A DNA stretch of 63,050 bases, filler included, from Hyphochytrium catenoides (taxonomy: Eukaryota > Protista > Hyphochytriomycota), in NCBI GenBank assembly GCA_900088475.1. It is 7 parts of 7 records of this genome, joined end to end, with 100 filler letters (N's around TTAATTAATTAA, not from the genome) between each part and the next. Parts side by side here need not be neighbours in the genome. Positions count along the whole stretch, not along the records: positions 61,939 to 63,050 come from FLMG01000288.1; 6 more parts are not named here. One strand, given 5' to 3'. The notes under the pieces are model-generated. The model saw only the letters and a program-made list of their open reading frames with translations. It had not been told where the DNA came from and ran no database searches. The translations under genes and the position numbers were made by a program. Positions 62,041 to 63,050 of the stretch are shown in pieces (position 1 is the first letter of the stretch; the number at the start of each line of letters is the position of its first letter).

Positions 62041-63050
62041 ATGGCTGATGAACAGAGAAGAGTGTCTAGCTCTGTGCACTTCCCGGATACTCTACCTTCC
62101 TCAGAGATAAATGCTCTCTCTACTCCAGGGGAAAGGAGAAGGGAAGATCCCCCAGATCAGCGAAGACAGGAGAAACCTGCGCGTGGTAGCAGGCAGTGCG
62201 GCATCTGCCGGAAAAAGGGACATAACAGCGCAGACTGCTTCGAGCTTCCAGAGAATGCTGCGCGCAGGCCATCAGCAGGCTGGAAGCCTCGCTTCCACTT
62301 GGACAAGCTGCCGGCGTCACAACTGTCAACAGTACGCCATGAGCAACTTAATGCCTTGTTAGCTGCTCTCCTATCCTCCTCCTCTTCTTCTCCCGGAGGA
62401 GCTCAAACTAATGAATTGGGATTGGCCATTCAGTATACAAAGTCTTCTGTCGACTCCGGTGAATCCCTTACCCTAGCTTCTATCCAGCAGGCTGCAGCGA
62501 AGGCGAAAGCCGTCCAGAGTAGCCACAAATGGCTGCTAGACAGCGGATAGATGCTCCAGTCACATTACTGGAGATCGATCACTCTTTCTCTCTTTCACTT
62601 CTATTGACCCTCTTCCTCTCTTTACCGCTGACAACCGACCAGTCTTTGCCGTGGGAAAGGGAAGCATACTTATCCCTGCTGCCAATAGAGCTACCGCCCC
62701 TCTCTACCTGCCGAATGTGCTTTATGCACCAGGCTTTCCAAAGCGTCTTCTCTCTATTGGACAATACATCCAGGACTCATCTGGTGAAGCAGTGTTGTTT
62801 ACCTCGAATGGAGCTTACACTTTCAGTCCTTCAGTGGTCAAGGACATTGCAAAGTTAACCTCACGAGAACAAGTGAGACGTATTGGTTTGACCAATGGAA
62901 CCGTCTATTACTCCTAGGACAATGACGATGCACGGGGACAAAGTGACCCTTCTATTCCAAGACTAGCCGCAGCTACGAGCAAGCAATAGCCTATCACCCT
63001 GTGGCACAAACGCCTTAATCATCTTAACCACACAGATATTCGAAGACTAG
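62041..63050 (+). mobile_element. Decayed Ty1/Copia gag-pol fragment (zinc knuckle, protease, GAG-pre-integrase)
   Basis: CGICRKKGHNSADC (CCHC knuckle); WLLDSG/CSSHITGDRSLF after a 4-bp insertion; VGKGSI...LPNVLYAPGFPKRLLSIGQ; LWHKRLNHLN at the window end. Premature stops are present. Confidence 0.92.

Noticed and set aside
62548-62550. TAG after WLLDSG as programmed readthrough or a stop-codon reassignment
   Set aside because: The downstream protease is in another frame (4-bp insertion), and host genes such as MAU2 and NDUFAF3 terminate normally at TAG.
60114-63050. A single hybrid Gypsy-Copia element
   Set aside because: The two fragments are on different contigs separated by a linker.

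Overview
Intron-rich eukaryotic DNA, probably a stramenopile-like protist. This taxon is inferred from the FN3/'EIQ..ALE.L' repeat protein and the algal-type cyclophilins, and is not certain. The window is not one locus. It is seven contigs joined by 100-bp artificial linkers (N44-TTAATTAATTAA-N44) at 27239, 40261, 47840, 56978, 60014 and 61839. Genes rebuilt by hand across GT-AG introns: a TPR protein, a candidate single-pass membrane protein with cytoplasmic zinc ribbons, an SPFH/stomatin-like protein, a CSRNP_N-like protein, a class I/II PLP aminotransferase, a Kelch protein with a C-terminal BC/SOCS-box-like motif, two large coiled-coil genes (one with IQ motifs), MAU2/SCC4, EIF1AD, striatin (3' part), NDUFAF3 head-to-head with mitochondrial intermediate peptidase (5' part), two tandem membrane-anchored cyclophilins, and a secreted FN3-repeat protein (5' part). 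The last two contigs are a Ty3/Gypsy pol fragment with a ~320-aa in-frame insert and a decayed Ty1/Copia gag-pol. Many introns contain (CT)n/(AG)n microsatellites. No tRNA, rRNA or CRISPR array was recognised, and no clear multi-gene novel system is evident. The best leads are the TM + zinc-ribbon protein, the Gypsy insert, the cyclophilin pair, and an apparent CAG>TAG / CTG>CTA mutational signature.
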